Origin: Lingula anatina
Taxonomy: Eukaryota > Animalia > Brachiopoda
Assembly: GCA_051362555.1 (NCBI GenBank)
Contig: CM120640.1
Span: forward strand, 744,001-808,000
Direction of reading: 5' to 3'
Length of the DNA: 64,000 bases
Both the position numbers and the translations under genes were made by a program. The notes beneath the pieces were generated by a model. It was not told where the DNA came from, searched no databases, and was given only the letters and a program-made list of their open reading frames with translations. This document shows, in pieces, positions 24,081 to 38,302 of this stretch (its first letter is position 1; each line of letters opens with the position of its first letter).

Positions 24081-26646
24081 TGTACCACCAGCGTTAGCGC
24101 TGGCGGTACACATGGTTTTAGTCCCGTCCAGATCTTTCCGCCGGACGGCTACCGTTACCGCTTCTCCTCCTAGACGGTAAGGGCCCCCGTACCCATCTCT
24201 TGGATTTAGGTCACCTATAATCTCAACTCGTTCCACGTAAAATTTGGGCTTTGTCGGTTTTGGGGTCTAGGTGTGGCACTCATTGCAATGCACCCTTGTC
24301 TAAAAATGGCAAAATTAAATGCTAATTATCTACCCTACGGAAGGAATTATGGGAAAAATTTCTACAGACGGCTTTCCAAAAGTCATATGTGTAGATTTCA
24401 AATATGCCCTTGGATTTGACCTTTGACCTTTATTTCAAGGTCAAACGGGCCAAAATTTTCAAAAAAATTAATTTTTTTACGAAAAAAAAAAATTATTTGC
24501 CCTGTTTTTCAGACACCACACAGACTTAACCAATAATATTATTGGAAAGTGTTACCCTTCAGGTCATCTTTCATCTCTGTGAATTTGGGGTCAATCGGTG
24601 CATTTTCACGGGAGTAGCGGCCATAAGATACCGAAACTGAAAACTGTCTCTAATTCGGGAACTGTTAATGCTAGAGACCCATTCTTTTTTGCATTTTGTA
24701 GAGTATGTAAAGCCCAACACTGGAGGTGGTCTCGGTTTTTTTTTTTGTATTCCATACGGTTTTCGAGTTACACTGTATCAAAAAGTACATATTGGTGGTG
24801 AAAGCAACATGTGCAGTACGGTAATGGATAATAAATTTTGAACTCCGGAAAAATAAAACATAAGGCTTGGCAAAGCAGACAACTTGTGGTCAAAAATGAC
24901 ATTATTTCATCAAATTTGAACATCTGGAACTTCAGAGCACCTCCCATTTCAAGAATTTTGACCAAAATGACCTTTTCTTTATTTTAATTAATTTTTTCTG
25001 TTGGAAATTTATGGCACATTATGGTAACTCCAAAATTATAACATTTAGTCCCTTATATCTCCAAAACTGGCAGAGATAGGTCCATAGTTACTATTGAAGT
25101 TGAATAGGAAGTCATATACTGGCAATCTAAATGTGACCTTAAAATTGACCTTTGACCTACTTTTCACCATGAACTGAACTTTGCAAATTTTGCTTCCCTT
25201 TTATCTCCAAAACTGGCAGAGATAGGTCCATAGTTACTATTGAACTTGAATAGGAAGTCACATACTGGCAATCTAAATGTGACCTTGAAATTGATCTTTG
25301 ACCAACTTTTCACCATGAACTGAACTTTGCAAATTTTGCTTGACTTTTATCTCCAAAGTTACGCTGTATCAAAAAGTACATATTGGTGGTGAAAGCAAAA
25401 TGTGCAGTACGGTAATGGATAGTGAATTTTGAACTCCGGAAAAATAAAACATAAGGCTTGGCAAAGCAGACAAGTTGTGGTCAAAAATGACATTATTTCA
25501 TCAAATTTGAACATCTGGAACTTCGGAGCACCTCCCATTTCAAGAATTTTGACCAAAATGACCTTTTCTTTATTTTAATTAATTTCTTCTGTAGGAAATT
25601 TATGGCATATTATGGTAACTCCAAAATTATAACATTAAGTCCCTTATATCTCCAAAACTGGCAAAAAGTTGCTATTGAACATGAATAGGAAGTCATATAC
25701 TGGCAATCTAAATGTGACCTTGAAATTGACCTTTGACCTACTTTTCACCATGAACTGAACTTTGCAAATTTTGCTTCCCTTTTATCTCCAAAACTGGCAG
25801 AGATAGGTCCATAGTTACTATTGAAGTTGAATAGGAAGTCATATACTGGCAATCTTACTGTGACCTTGAAATTGACCTTTGACCTACTTTTCACCATGAG
25901 CTGAACTTTGCAAATTTTGCTTCCCTTTTATCTCCAAAGTTACGCTGTATCAAAAAGTACATATTGGTGGTGAAAGCAATATGTGCAGTACAGTAATGTA
26001 TAATAAATTTTGAACTCCGGAAAAATAAAACATAAGGCTTGGCAAAGCAGACAAGTTGTGGTCAAAAATGACATTATTTCATCAAATTTGAACATCTGGA
26101 ACTTCGGAGCACCTCCCATTTCAAGAATTTTGACCAAAATGACCTTTTCTTTATTTCAATTAATTTCTTCTATAGGAAATTTATGGCACATTATGGTAAC
26201 TCCAAAATTATAACACTTAGTCCCTTATTTCTCCAAAACTGGCAGAGATAGGTCCATATTTACTATTGAAGTTGAATAGGAAGTCATATACTGACAATCT
26301 TACTGTGACCTTGAAATTGACCTTTGACCTACTTTTCACCATGAACTGAACTTTGCAAATTTTGCTTCCCTTTTATCTCCAAAACTGGCAGAGATAGGTC
26401 CATAGTTACTATTGAACTTGAATGACCTACCTTACGATGAACTTAACTTTGATTGTACCATTTTTAGGCATATATATTTTTTGCATATTTTGAAAATTCT
26501 TGTTGATTGCATTTTTACAGCTTGTCAAGCAGAAGACTGGTGGCTGTGACCCTTATTTTGTGTATGTGGGGGTCTATACGAATGCGCTTGCTCCAGCTGG
26601 TGGTACAATATTCGGAGGTGGTATCGCCTCTCTGATCCTCTAGTTT
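24081..26646 (+). mobile_element. Non-autonomous Helentron/HINE-like element (family A) with internal higher-order tandem array
   Basis: 5' hairpin tgtaccaccagcg-ttag-cgctggcggtaca; subterminal inverted match gctggtggtaca near 26596; 3' hairpin then ctagttt; ~585-bp units at 24768, 25358 and 25939, each with two 146-bp monomers. Confidence 0.75.
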
Positions 26647-29600
26647 ATCAAAGAGTCACCTGGATGAGTGAGATCATCTGTTTACCCCACCTTAACTAGA
26701 GATGTACTTTGATCAGATTTTTAATAAAATGTTCTGTACTTCTATCTCTAAAATTTTCTGTACTTGTACTATACCGGTACATGAAAATAAATTGTTTACT
26801 TTAATGAATATTATCTATCCTCGAGTTGCATCATCAAACTGAGAAATATTCATAAAATGGATGAAAAGACTTGAACTTTATACTCTTTACTCTATATTTT
26901 CCGTCCGGGGGGGGGGGGGGTTGTTGGGTCTGGTTGTTGATTCATGGTTTTGTTACATAACACCTGGGCTACATTAAAGAGGCCGTACTGCTGGGCAAGG
27001 AAGACCCCATATATTATGGGCAGGTGCTACCTTTAGGGTAATCTCTCATCTTTCTGAGTTTGGGGTCAATCGGTGCTTTTTCAATGAGGAAGCGGCAATC
27101 AGGTGCCAAAACTGAAAAAACTTTGGAATTCTGGAATTGTAAATGCTAGAGAACTCTTGTTTTGTACATTTTAAAGAGCTTGTCAACACTGTAGGTGGTG
27201 TATGTTTTTATGTACAGACACAGATGTGTCTGTACATATTGCCATCACCTGGCTCTGTCGTTGCCGCCGTCGCCGGCGCCGTGCACTTTCATTGTAAACA
27301 TGATAAGTTGAAGGCAGTTTTACTTTTTGGCTGTATATTTACAGAGCTGATGAATATTCATAAAACGCAGGTCAAGTTCGAAAATCAGCATGATCGGGCC
27401 ATTATTGTAGAAGTTATGCCGTTTTTTCACTTTTCAGCATATATGCAACACTGTAAACACATTTCAAGGAAAACCGATAAGCCTGTTATCATGAAACTCA
27501 CAGGAGTAATCGATCTTACTAAAACACGGGTCAAGTTCGAAAATCGGCATGATCGGGACACTATTTTAGTAGTTATGCTTTTTTTTTCACTTTTCAGCAT
27601 AAATGCAATATTGTAAACACAATATAAGAAAAACAGATAGGCCAATTGTCATGAAACTCACAGGAGTAATGAATCTTACTAAAACGCAGTTTGAGTTCGA
27701 AAATCACATTTTTCACATTTCCTCAGATTCAATTCTTAGGCATGTTAACAGTCTCATTATTGAACTAATAAGATATGTAAAGGTGTTTGTTTGACATTTC
27801 CTGCATCTTTACAACATTGTTAGTTGATTTTGTAAAAATGATGGTAAACTTGTTATTGTGTATTGTGTAATATAGTTGCAGTTGCCAGATTCAATCATTC
27901 ACTAGAACTCAGAATGGAAATTGGACATTTTACACTGCTCTATAGATATTTTTCCAATCTCATCAATTTTTTTAGTTGATCATATAAAAATGGCAGTTAA
28001 CTGTTAATTTGGTTTTATGTTAAAAATTGTTAAAACTGAAAAAAAAAAAAAAAAACATTTCAGAACAGTGCTGTCTTGTTTACATTTTTGCATTTTCAAG
28101 TTGTGACTTTGAAGTTTCATGGGCCTAAAGACCTTTGCTAGTCACATTTCAAGAATTTTGACCAAAATGACCTTTTCTTTATTTCAATTAATTTCTTCTA
28201 TAGGAAATTTATGGCACATTATGGTAACTCCAAAATTATAACATTTAGTCCCTTATTTCTCCAAAACTGGCAGAGATAGGTCCATATTTACTATTGAAGT
28301 TGAATAGGAAGTCATATACTGACAATCTTACTGTGACCTTGAAATTGACCTTTGACCTACTTTTCACCATGAACTGAACTTTGCAAATTTTGCTTCCCTT
28401 TTATCTCCAAAACTGGCAGAGATAGGTCCATAGTTACTATTGAACTTGAATAGGAAGTCATATATTGGCAATCTAAATGTGACCTTAAAATTGACCTTTG
28501 ACCTACTTTTCACCATGAACTGAACTTTGCAAATTTTGCTTCCCTTTTATCTCCAAAACTGGCAGAGATAGGTCCATAGTTACTATTGAAGTTGAATATG
28601 AAGTCATATACTGGCAATCTAAATGTGACCTTGAAATTGACCTTTGACCTACTTTTCACCATGAACTGAACTTTGCAAATTTTGCTTCCCTTTTATCTCC
28701 AAAACTGGCAGAGATAGGTCCATAGTTACTATTGAACTTGAATGACCTACCTTACGATGAACTTAACTTTGATTGTACCATTTTTAGGCATATATATTTT
28801 TTGCATATTTTGAAAATTCTTGTTGATTGCATTTTTACAGCTTGTCAAGCAGAAGACTGGTGGCTGTGACCCTTATTTTGTGTATGTGGGGGTCTATACG
28901 AATGCGCTTGCTCCAGCTGGTGGTACAATATTCGGAGGCGGTATCGCCTCTCTGATCCTCTAGTTTATCAAAGAGTCACCTGGATGAGTGAGATCATCTG
29001 TTTACCCCACCTTAACTAGAGATGTACTTTGATCAGATTTTTAATAAAATGTTCTGTACTTCTATCTCTAAAATTTTCTGTACTTGTACTATACCGGTAC
29101 ATGAAAATTAATTGTTTACTTTAATGAATATTATCTATCCTCGAGTTGCATCATCAAACTGAGAAATATTCATAAAATGGATGAAAAGACTTGAACTTTA
29201 TACTCTTTACTCTATATTTTCCGTCCGGGGGGGGGGGGGGGGGGGGGGGGGTTGTTGGGTCTGGTTGTTGATTCATGGTTTTGTTACATAACACCTGGGC
29301 TACATTAAAGAGGCCGTACTGCTGGGCAAGGAAGACCCCATATATTATGGGCAGGTGCTACCTTTAGGGTAATCTCTCATCTTTCTGAGTTTGGGGTCAA
29401 TCGGTGCTTTTTCAATGAGGAAGCGGCAATCAGGTGCCAAAACTGAAAAAACTCTGGAATTCTGGAATTGTAAATGCTAGAGAACTCTTGTTTTGTACAT
29501 TTTAAAGAGCTTGTCAACACTGTAGGTGGTGTATGTTTTTATGTACAGACACAGATGTGTCTGTACATATTGCCATCACCTGGCTCTGTCATTGCCGCCG

Positions 29601-30480
29601 TCGCCGGCGCCGTGCACTTTCATTGTAAACATGATAAGTTGAAGGCAGTTTTACTTTTTGGCTGTATATTTACAGAGCTGATGTATATTCATAAAACGCA
29701 GGTCAAGTTCGAAAATCAGCATGATCGGGCCATTATTGTAGAAGTTATGCCGTTTTTTCACTTTTCAGCATATATGCAACACTGTAAACACATTTCAAGG
29801 AAAACCGATAAGCCTGTTATCATGAAACTCACAGGAGTAATCGATCTTACTAAAACGCAGGTCAAGTTCCAAAATCGGCATGATCGGGCCACTGTTTTAG
29901 TAGTTATGTTTTTTTTCACTTCTCAGCATATATGCATCGCTGTAAACACAATATAAGAAAAACAGATAGACCAATTGTCATTTAACTCACAAGAGTGGTC
30001 AATCCTGCTAAAACACAGGTTGAGTTCTAAAAATCAGCATAATCGGGCCATTATTTTAGAAGTTATGCTGTTTTTTCACATTTCCTCAGATTCAATTCTT
30101 AGGCATGTTAACAGTTTCATTATTTAATTAATAAGATACGTAAAAGTGTTTGTTTGACATTTCCTGCATCTTTACAACATAGTTAGTTGATTTTGTAAAA
30201 ATGATGGTACAGTTGTTATTGTGTATTGTGTAATAAAGTTTCAAAAATGGAAATAAACTCATATCATTGCAGTTTGTCAGATTCAATCATTCACTATGTT
30301 CAGAATCTCAGAATGGAAGAAATTGGACATAACACTGCTCCATTGATATTTTTCCCATCTCATCAATTTTCTTAGTTGATCATATAAAAATGGCAGTAAA
30401 CTGTTAATTTTGTTTTATGTTAAAAATTGTTAAAAATGGAAAAAAAAACATTTCAGAACAGTGCTGTCTTTTACTTACAT
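26118..30480 (+). repeat. Tandem segmental duplication (~26118-28146 and ~28147-30480)
   Basis: Near-identical sequence at offset 2028, then 2320-2331 after two extra 146-bp monomers and a longer G tract. Confidence 0.9.
27205..28146 (+). mobile_element. HINE-like family B copy (duplicate at ~29536-30640)
   Basis: T-run, hairpin atgtacagacaca-ga-tgtgtctgtacat, gtc/gcc microsatellite, ~160-bp type monomers. Confidence 0.7.
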
Positions 30481-31329
30481 TGGTATTACCTTTTGAGCAT
30501 AAAAATTTGATGTTGAATTTGCAGTTAAGCATAATGTACAGGTACTTTGGCATCAGAATTGACAGTGGCCTATTTTGTGCATTGTTATTGTCTGCTTTTT
30601 GTCTGTACATTTGACAGCTTTGCTGCCTTGTTTTTTTTCCCAACACAGTTTATGAGTTGTGCTATATCAAAAAGTACAATATTTAGAATTAAGATTAAAA
30701 TGTGAAATAGGGTAATTTGCCATGAATTTTGAACGGCTCCTTAATTTCGGCCAGAAATTGAATAGCTGTAGGAAGTCATACACTGGCAAACTTACTGTGT
30801 CTTTATAACTGACACTTGGCCTACTTTTCACCATGAACTGAACTTTGCAACTTTTCCGTCCCTAATCTCCAAAACTGGCAGAGATACGCCCATAGTTACT
30901 ATTGAACTTGAATAGGAAATCATATTCGGGTAATCTGTGATCTTGAATTTGACATTTGACCTACTTTTCACCATGAATGACACTTCACAAATTTGGATTT
31001 GACATTTTACTTTTCCCCATGATTTTGTTTTAAATGGTTATTTGCAACATAAATATTGAGAACTCTTGTTTACTGCATTTTGTAGAGCTTGTCAAAAACT
31101 TTACTGGAGGTGGTGTCCCTTTTTTGTTTTCCATATGAATGCGCTTACTCCAGCTGGTGGTACAATACCCCTAGACGGTATCACTCCTTGTTTTAACTTG
31201 TCATACAGCTCTTTTTATCTAGCTATAGGGTATTCTTTCACTTTTGGTGTAATAATATTGAAACAGAACTTCCCCTTTTGACCTATAAAAGGCGAAGTTT
31301 TAAAATGATTGTATTTTGACGTGTTACGA

Positions 31330-31700
31330 GTTAGTGCCAAAAATTATAAAATGAAAATTGTATTTCATGACAAAAGGAAACTCTGGGAACCATATATTGA
31401 CACCAAAATCAATGGGAATGTCCTCGAACAAGTTTTAAGTACCTTGGATCCACAATTTCACAAGACATGTCTGGCAGCACTGAAATCACAAAAAGAATTG
31501 GGATGGCATCATATGCACTTGCCAAACTTAAAAAGATAAGAACAAACTCTAATTAACAAATTTGGGTTAAGAGAAGCTCTCCTCCTGTATAGATGCTTAT
31601 ATAAGCAGGGCATTAAGGAAAAAAAGGGGGGGCATAGGTAGGCTCCAAAGCAGCTGGCTTCATGGCATGTAATATTGGAGTGGTCTCGATCTTAACATCA
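31330..31700 (+). mobile_element. Degenerate LINE RT 3' fragment (RTE-like)
   Basis: KINGNVLEQV (frameshift) FKYLGSTISQDMSGSTEITKRIGMA. Confidence 0.65.
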
Positions 31701-31876
31701 ACTCTAAAATATCTGGTAGGACAGTGTTAGGAACTAGGTGCACCAACAGGCATACGACTTTAGTTGATCGTGATAATACCCATTTGTTCACTTCGATGGA
31801 TTTATATATTAAATTTGATATTGCATGCATTCATTCATTGATTGCCATTCATCCTTCCTACTGTGTTATTATTCAG

Positions 31877-32207
31877 CCAAACCCACTTTGATCTGGTCAG
31901 TTTTTACGCCATAGGATGTAAAGGAAACATACATCTATATAATAAGAGAGGAGAGGCCCATCTTTTGTCCCGATAATCTCGATTGCAGTGAATTCTCGTA
32001 CTATGTCACTGTGCATAAATGATCCATTAACTTCTCGACAGTGTCAAGAAAGTGTCAAATCCTGAAACCATTTTACAGCTTCTGACATCAATTTCCAACT
32101 GTAGTTCTTTAACAGAAAGCCATTGACTGGAGGCATCCCCTGTAAACAATAGCATCGCAAATGTGCCTAGTTTTGGTACCAAAGCCTAGAGGATGTATGT
32201 ACGACAG
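31877..32207 (+). pseudogene. Possible decayed FN3 pseudo-exon
   Basis: ttcag|AKPTLIWSVFTP*DVKETYIYI ... SLEDVCTT G|gt; FN3-exon-like ends, several stops. Confidence 0.4.
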
Positions 32208-32492
32208 GTGGCAAAGTTATGTACTGGCGTCAATGCAGCCTAGGCCCATTCCACTTTCGGTGATTATAATTCCCAATCAGGCCATCCTTTGCTATGACAA
32301 TCAATAAATCACAAATTAAGTCAAACATTCAAATCTTTAAAAAAAAATAAAAAAATTGAGTCACCTGAAACAACTGAAATGAAAAAAAAAACACAAATCC
32401 CATAAATTTGTTTCCCCTTAAAAGACATGTCCTGTAGGTATAAAACAATATAAATTATATAATGAATAAATTACAATGAAACGCATACATTA

Positions 32493-32763
32493 AATAACCC
32501 TTTAAGAGATTGTGAGAAAAGAGGGACGAGAAAAGATACACCTGCTTCTCTAAGTTGCCAGCTGTCATGAAAACAACCAGATGGGCATGTCGAACTTTTT
32601 CAGAAATTTTACTGTTCGAGCGGGAAGGTGTATAGCATGAAAAGTGAGCGGATGCTGAACACAGATAGACCTCTAAGATTTTGGTCCTGGTACATCTCAT
32701 CAAGCATATCAGCAACATCAAGTGGAAGGACAAGTGAATCTTATCATGTTGCATTTTTTACAG
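32493..32763 (+). pseudogene. Decayed FN3 pseudo-exon
   Basis: CEKRGTR..CQLS*KQPDGHVELF (conserved Trp changed to TGA at 32568), DFGPGTS in a shifted frame, SISATSSGRTSESYHVAFFTG; donor mutated to G|ga. Confidence 0.7.
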
Positions 32764-32956
32764 GAATAGAAATATCACTGGGGACGCTTTTGATGCAATT
32801 TTGTGGTATAAGTCGGGGTTAGAGAATTCTAATTGTGACACTTTTCCCTCAATATGGATCCGGCAGCTTTCATATTTTGCAAGACTTTCTTCAGTTACAA
32901 TTTTCCCAAATGTAATAATAGACCTGTAATGCTTCAAAACATTTTCTTTCTTCCAG

Positions 32957-33220
32957 CCCCAGATGTACTGGAAGATTTTGCAGTGGTATGCAGAGGTTCG
33001 AAACACATGGACATAAAATGGAACAGACCGCGCTGTGTATTTGATCATTTCATTGTCAAATGGCGGTCACAAGATGAGCCAAGGGCATGTGAAAGCACAA
33101 AGACAACAGAGACCCTTCACACCATTGATGGCTTGTGCCCTGGTAACCGATATGAAGTCAGTGTTGCTACAGTCAGTAATAGGATGGAAAGTGAACCTCG
33201 TTTCATTAACCTCCAAACAG
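32957..33220 (+). CDS. FN3 exon 1
   Basis: AG/GT, phase 1-1, 264 nt; IKWNRP...GLCPGNRYEVSV. Confidence 0.9.
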
Positions 33221-34318
33221 GTGAGATTTTAAATATATATAGTTTTCTTTGTCTGTTGGCTTCCATGAAGCTGCCAATTCATATTAAATTTCTTTCAGTA
33301 ACACGAATTTAATAAACTTTGTTCATACAAAACAAACTATGGTCTCCTACTATAAGGGTCCAGTTCATTTTATTACAGATAAGGAGAAAGTCATTATACA
33401 TTGTTTGGTATTTGTGTTCGCCATTTATAGCAGGAATTAAATAGTTTCCAGGACAAGTAAAATTATAGCTTGTATTGGAATGTCTTGAGGTATATAAATT
33501 GCTGCAAGTTAAAATGGAATATGACATCAAATTTGTTGTAGTTAAGTTAATTTACATCGTTATTAAGACAAAGAATTAGTGATTGTGCTTTACGAATTTA
33601 AGAAACTGGCATATCTATCAAAATCTATAAGTTAACAAGTAAAATCGAAAAAAAGCTTGACAAAAATAAAACAACTTTAACTGGTCAAATAACACTTTAC
33701 TACTGTGTTTGTTATTCAGTTAACTTACATTTTTCATTATTCAATTAAACTTACATGTTGAATCTTAACTTACTGTCTTCCAGTCTTTTGACCACTTCCA
33801 TACCAGAAAATTGAATATTAAAATTGTATTCAAAGTTAAACATGTATCTTGCTTAGCTGCTGATATAAATACTGGTAACAACATACAGTTTCTACTATTG
33901 GCAAGCAATTATGCTGTTCTCCCAGGTTTGCAATAATATATATATCTAAAGAAAAAAGGAAGACATGGGACCGAATCCAAAGCCTTGATCACATTGCCCC
34001 CATTCCATTCTTTCTGGCTATACCACCAAAAGGCGATTTAATCAGGTTGTGGTAATATTTTGATGATTGTTATTCCAATTACTTCTCAGTGCTGCACATT
34101 TTCCATGCTTTCTTTACAATTGAAAAATGTCATATTTATTTAGACACCACACATATGGTAGACACTTGTGTATGAAGTGCACATGCATTCACGCCATTAT
34201 CTTTGGAACAGTCAATTGGGATAATTCAAATTATGTACTGTAGTATGACACATTCATGCATTCATTATATAAATAAATATATTTGATCATTCACAATTTG
34301 TTCATTATAAAAAACAGT

Positions 34319-34341
34319 CATTCTTTGCTAGTGGTGCACTG

Positions 34342-34383
<42 letters not shown>

Positions 34384-36452
34384 TAACAAGAATGTAATTT
34401 AAATTTAGATAGCCGACCAAATTCTCATGACATCATTGTTTATGTCTCAATAACAAATCAAAGAAGCTGCATGAGCAAGGAGGATGCTGTTATAAAAGCA
34501 AAATAAGTGAAAAAGCAGAAAATATATCGAAATTACCCTCAAAAAGGCGTCAATTTTTGTGGAATTTCGAGCCTACCTCTATTTAGGAACAGTTTGTTTA
34601 GGATTTGAATGGATTATTGAAGCAGGAAATACACTTACTGCAAGAAGTTATAATACACAGAATGTGCAAATGGTTATTTAAATAAAAATTTATTTGAAGT
34701 CACTGAAAAATGATCACAAAATTACCGTAACTAACGTTACATGCCCTGTCCCAGCCCAATGAAAATTTCATCTAATCCTATCTTTCCGCATTAAAACTCT
34801 TCAATCGTCCAAAGTAGTCTGTCGGTTAGGTTGTGTCACGAAGTCCATGCTAATATCAGTTTTCTTAAGAATTTCACATTTCTTGCTAAACAAGGTCAAT
34901 TTTTCTTCACCGCGTCCCATGTGACATACGTTACACTGAAATTTCAGAGATCGATTTTTATCAGACGAATTTAAAATGCCACATGAAAATTATACATCGA
35001 TAGCGACCTGCTTCCATATTCACTAATTGATGACGTCTCACACACGAATGGCTTCTTTTGCACACTTAAAAACCAGCTCAAACTGGCGTGTGTCCCATTC
35101 TGATAACATGTAATGCAGTGACGCTGTCGAGATCTGATGCAGGGCACAGGTGTAATTCGCTCGATTTAACTGCCACAGGACTGTTTATAGGGATCTTCTT
35201 TGTATGAAGGTGAGAAATACTGAGTTTCGTTTAATTTTTCTTCAATTGTTTCAACATATATGTGTACCGATTGATTATTACCATTCGATAAGTAGGGTGA
35301 CTTCGTCTGAACTTTCGTTTTGCGTCTGTGACACATGGCGGACTAAAGTTCATATTGAACATGGTAACGCGGTGACACCGTTTTCATGTTCTCTTGTTCT
35401 CGAAAACTCAATCATCGAAATTGAATGACTTTTTTTTAGTTTTGTCTTAAATTGAGCTGCTACACTGTATTCAGTGCGTTTAAAATTTAACCATCTGTAA
35501 AAACAGCAATTATGGATTACCGCAACACTAACGTACAGAGACACAATGAAGCACCGAAAATGGGTGAAGAAAATGTGTCCCAGCAATGCGTGTTTGCCAC
35601 TCATAATGCACCGTACTTTGTTTGAATAAGCAATAAACTATTTGTAATCTGAGGTTACTCATTGTTCGTTATCAGGTTCTTTGGATGATTTTTTTTCAGA
35701 ATCCCAAGAATGGGTGCCTTGGTGAGCACAGAGCAGATATCACCAGTGGTCCATAGATGTCAGGAAAAATGTTATGTTACTGAACTTTGTGTTACACTGA
35801 ACTTCATTTTGTTAAATTTTGTATTTAACTGAACTTTATTGTGTTAAAATAATAGAAAATAATAATAATTCTGACAAAAAACTACAATCTGGAAAATTCT
35901 TTAGATCAACTTTTTTCAGTGTGTGTCCCATGTAACAGAGTTACAGTAAACAAAATATGTGCATTATTCCACTGTGTTTGTCAATTCCAATTTAAAAGCA
36001 TGTGAGAGTGATGTTCCCCTCATGATTGAAGTGTGTGTGGATAATAGCAAAAATATTGTTATTATTTACATGATTATAAAAAGTTTTTGTTCCCGCGTCA
36101 CTAACGTTATTGTGTCCCACATATTCACCATTTTTATTAATTATGAAATGTGGATTGAATTCTTCAAAACCAGTTTTAAAGCATTGAGACAACACCCCCT
36201 TATGATTTAAACTAAAACTGAAAACATTCCATTAGACTTTCATTAGTTTGTGCAAAATATATTAGATATTGGATATGGTGGGTAGAGCTGTTCAACTCTC
36301 CTGTGTGCCCTAAAAAGGGCATCTGCTGTTTCCCTTTTCATGAAATGATAAACTGTGATGGTGTAGCTATCACATTGCAAAATTATAGCTTTCCCGAGAA
36401 CGTTTGAAATTTGTGGCCAAATTCAACATTTTGTAACCACTAGCAAAGAATG
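34319..36452. mobile_element. Non-autonomous TIR DNA transposon
   Basis: 17-bp perfect TIR cattctttgctagtggt / accactagcaaagaatg; no transposase ORF; TSD not clear. Confidence 0.7.
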
Positions 36453-36671
36453 TCAGAAATATATATATATATTTGTTCATTCATTATATAAATGTATATA
36501 TTTGTTCATTTACAAAATGGCAATACAATTGCTAATTGGAGAATGGTAATGCACCAACTGCATTGTTGTGATTATATTATATTGTACAATGTCATGATAA
36601 TTTATGTACCAGTACAGAAATGAATTGAATTGAAATGAAATTTATGCAAACATTTTTACCCATTATACCAG

Positions 36672-36935
36672 ACCCAGCACCGATTGAGGATATAAATATT
36701 GAACCTGGGGTTGCCGCTATCAAGTTCAAGTGGAGTAAACCCGAAGGCAAAGTCGATGCTTATCAGCTGCAATTAGAGCCAACCAGTGATTTACAAGGGA
36801 TAAAAATATTTCCTTCTGTAGAAATAGAAGAGGTAGAAATTCCTGGGTTAACCCCTGGAACATTATACCTTGGCAGTCTATGTACCATGCGAAATGGCCA
36901 GCAGAGTAAACATTTTCATTTCCAGTGTTCAACAA
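36672..36935 (+). CDS. FN3 exon 2
   Basis: AG/GT, phase 1-1; FKWSKPEG...GLTPGTLY. Confidence 0.9.
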
Positions 36936-37177
36936 GTAAGTGCAAACTGTATCCATTGACATAGAGACGGTCAATCACTTATTCCGTGTACAATCCTAAA
37001 CTGGCTTTGCAACAACACTGGAAATAGTAAGGTGCACAAGGAAGTGGTTAGAACATTGTAGACAGAATATACACCACAGTTAATGTGGCATCACCGCATA
37101 GTATTTTTCTTTTATGTAACATAGACAAGCTGTTTTTATTATTGTTATTATTATTACTATCATTATTATTATTTCAG

Positions 37178-37441
37178 GACCATCAAAATGTGCTCCCCAG
37201 TGTAGCGAGAGAGGCACCAGGTCTCTGAAAATAAAATGGGAACCGACTGTAGGCAAGATTCAGTATTATGAGGTCCAAATAATCAGAAATCATGAATTTG
37301 TTCGAACTAAGAAAATACCTCGATACAACGACACAGAGACAATGTTTGATGACCTGCTTCCAGGGACTAAATATGAAGTGATAATTCGCACTGTTACTGA
37401 CAATGCAGACACCTCAAGTGACCCATTGGATGTTTATACAG
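37178..37441 (+). CDS. FN3 exon 3
   Basis: AG/GT, phase 1-1; IKWEPTVG...DLLPGTKYEV. Confidence 0.9.
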
Positions 37442-37585
37442 GTATTTTATATTTTAAGATGCTTGTGCTTCCCTTTAAAATACCTATACTAATCTCAATC
37501 ACAATGAATCTGGTTGTCATTAATGATTGTACGTACTTGAACAGACATTCATTGTAATTCCATTGCCTTTTGTATCATGAAACAG

Positions 37586-37843
37586 TTCCAGATGAAGTCA
37601 GTGAAATCAAGATAGAAACAAAGGAAAGACCGGTTACGCTTTCTTGGGAACCTCCATGCGGAAATTGGGAATGTTTTAGGGTTTCTCACTGGAAATACAC
37701 ACACTACTTGCAAATTGACCAATACACAGACAGATGTATGATTGATTTACCCGAACTTGAACCGGGAGAAAAGTATTATGTGGAAATCGCTACTCTGATC
37801 AACAGAACAGAAAGCAAAGTACGGACCGAAACTTTTGATACAG
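37586..37843 (+). CDS. FN3 exon 4
   Basis: AG/GT, phase 1-1; LSWEPPCG...ELEPGEKYYV. Confidence 0.9.
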
Positions 37844-38035
37844 GTACGTGCATTCCTTTAACTTTTTCAGTTGAAAGTGTCTAAGAGAGCTCGTAAAATT
37901 TAAAGTTACGATATATTAATGTTAGAATAACCTCATCCCTCCAACTATGCTTTTATGATTTTTGATGAATCCAACTCCATCACTGTCATTTGATACCCAA
38001 TTAGTCATGTAGTTGTATCGCTTTTCTTTGTCCAG

Positions 38036-38302
38036 CCCCTGCCATGGTTAGAAAAGAAAAGATACAAGTGACAGAAGGAATACAGACTTTTACCCTCAAA
38101 TGGGATCGTCCAGTTGGAAAAGTTGATGAGTATGACATTTTGGTCAAGCAGGAAGATGGCGAATCATTCAATCTTCAATTTAAATCACTCAAACCAAATG
38201 TGGTGATCAATAAAATCATCCCTGGGGTCAGCTACATAATTGAAATCAGATCTTGCAGTGTTAAAAATCAAAGTGAACCATGCTGTATCCATTTACAAAA
38301 AT
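38036..38302 (+). CDS. FN3 exon 5
   Basis: AG/GT, phase 1-1; LKWDRPVG...IIPGVSYII. Confidence 0.9.

Noticed and set aside
24768-26213. Three repeated 65-aa ORFs (MVKILEMGG...)
   Set aside because: By-products of the tandem repeat unit, with no domain features
27143-29956. Duplicated 157/160-aa ORFs
   Set aside because: They span repeat-element junctions inside the tandem duplication
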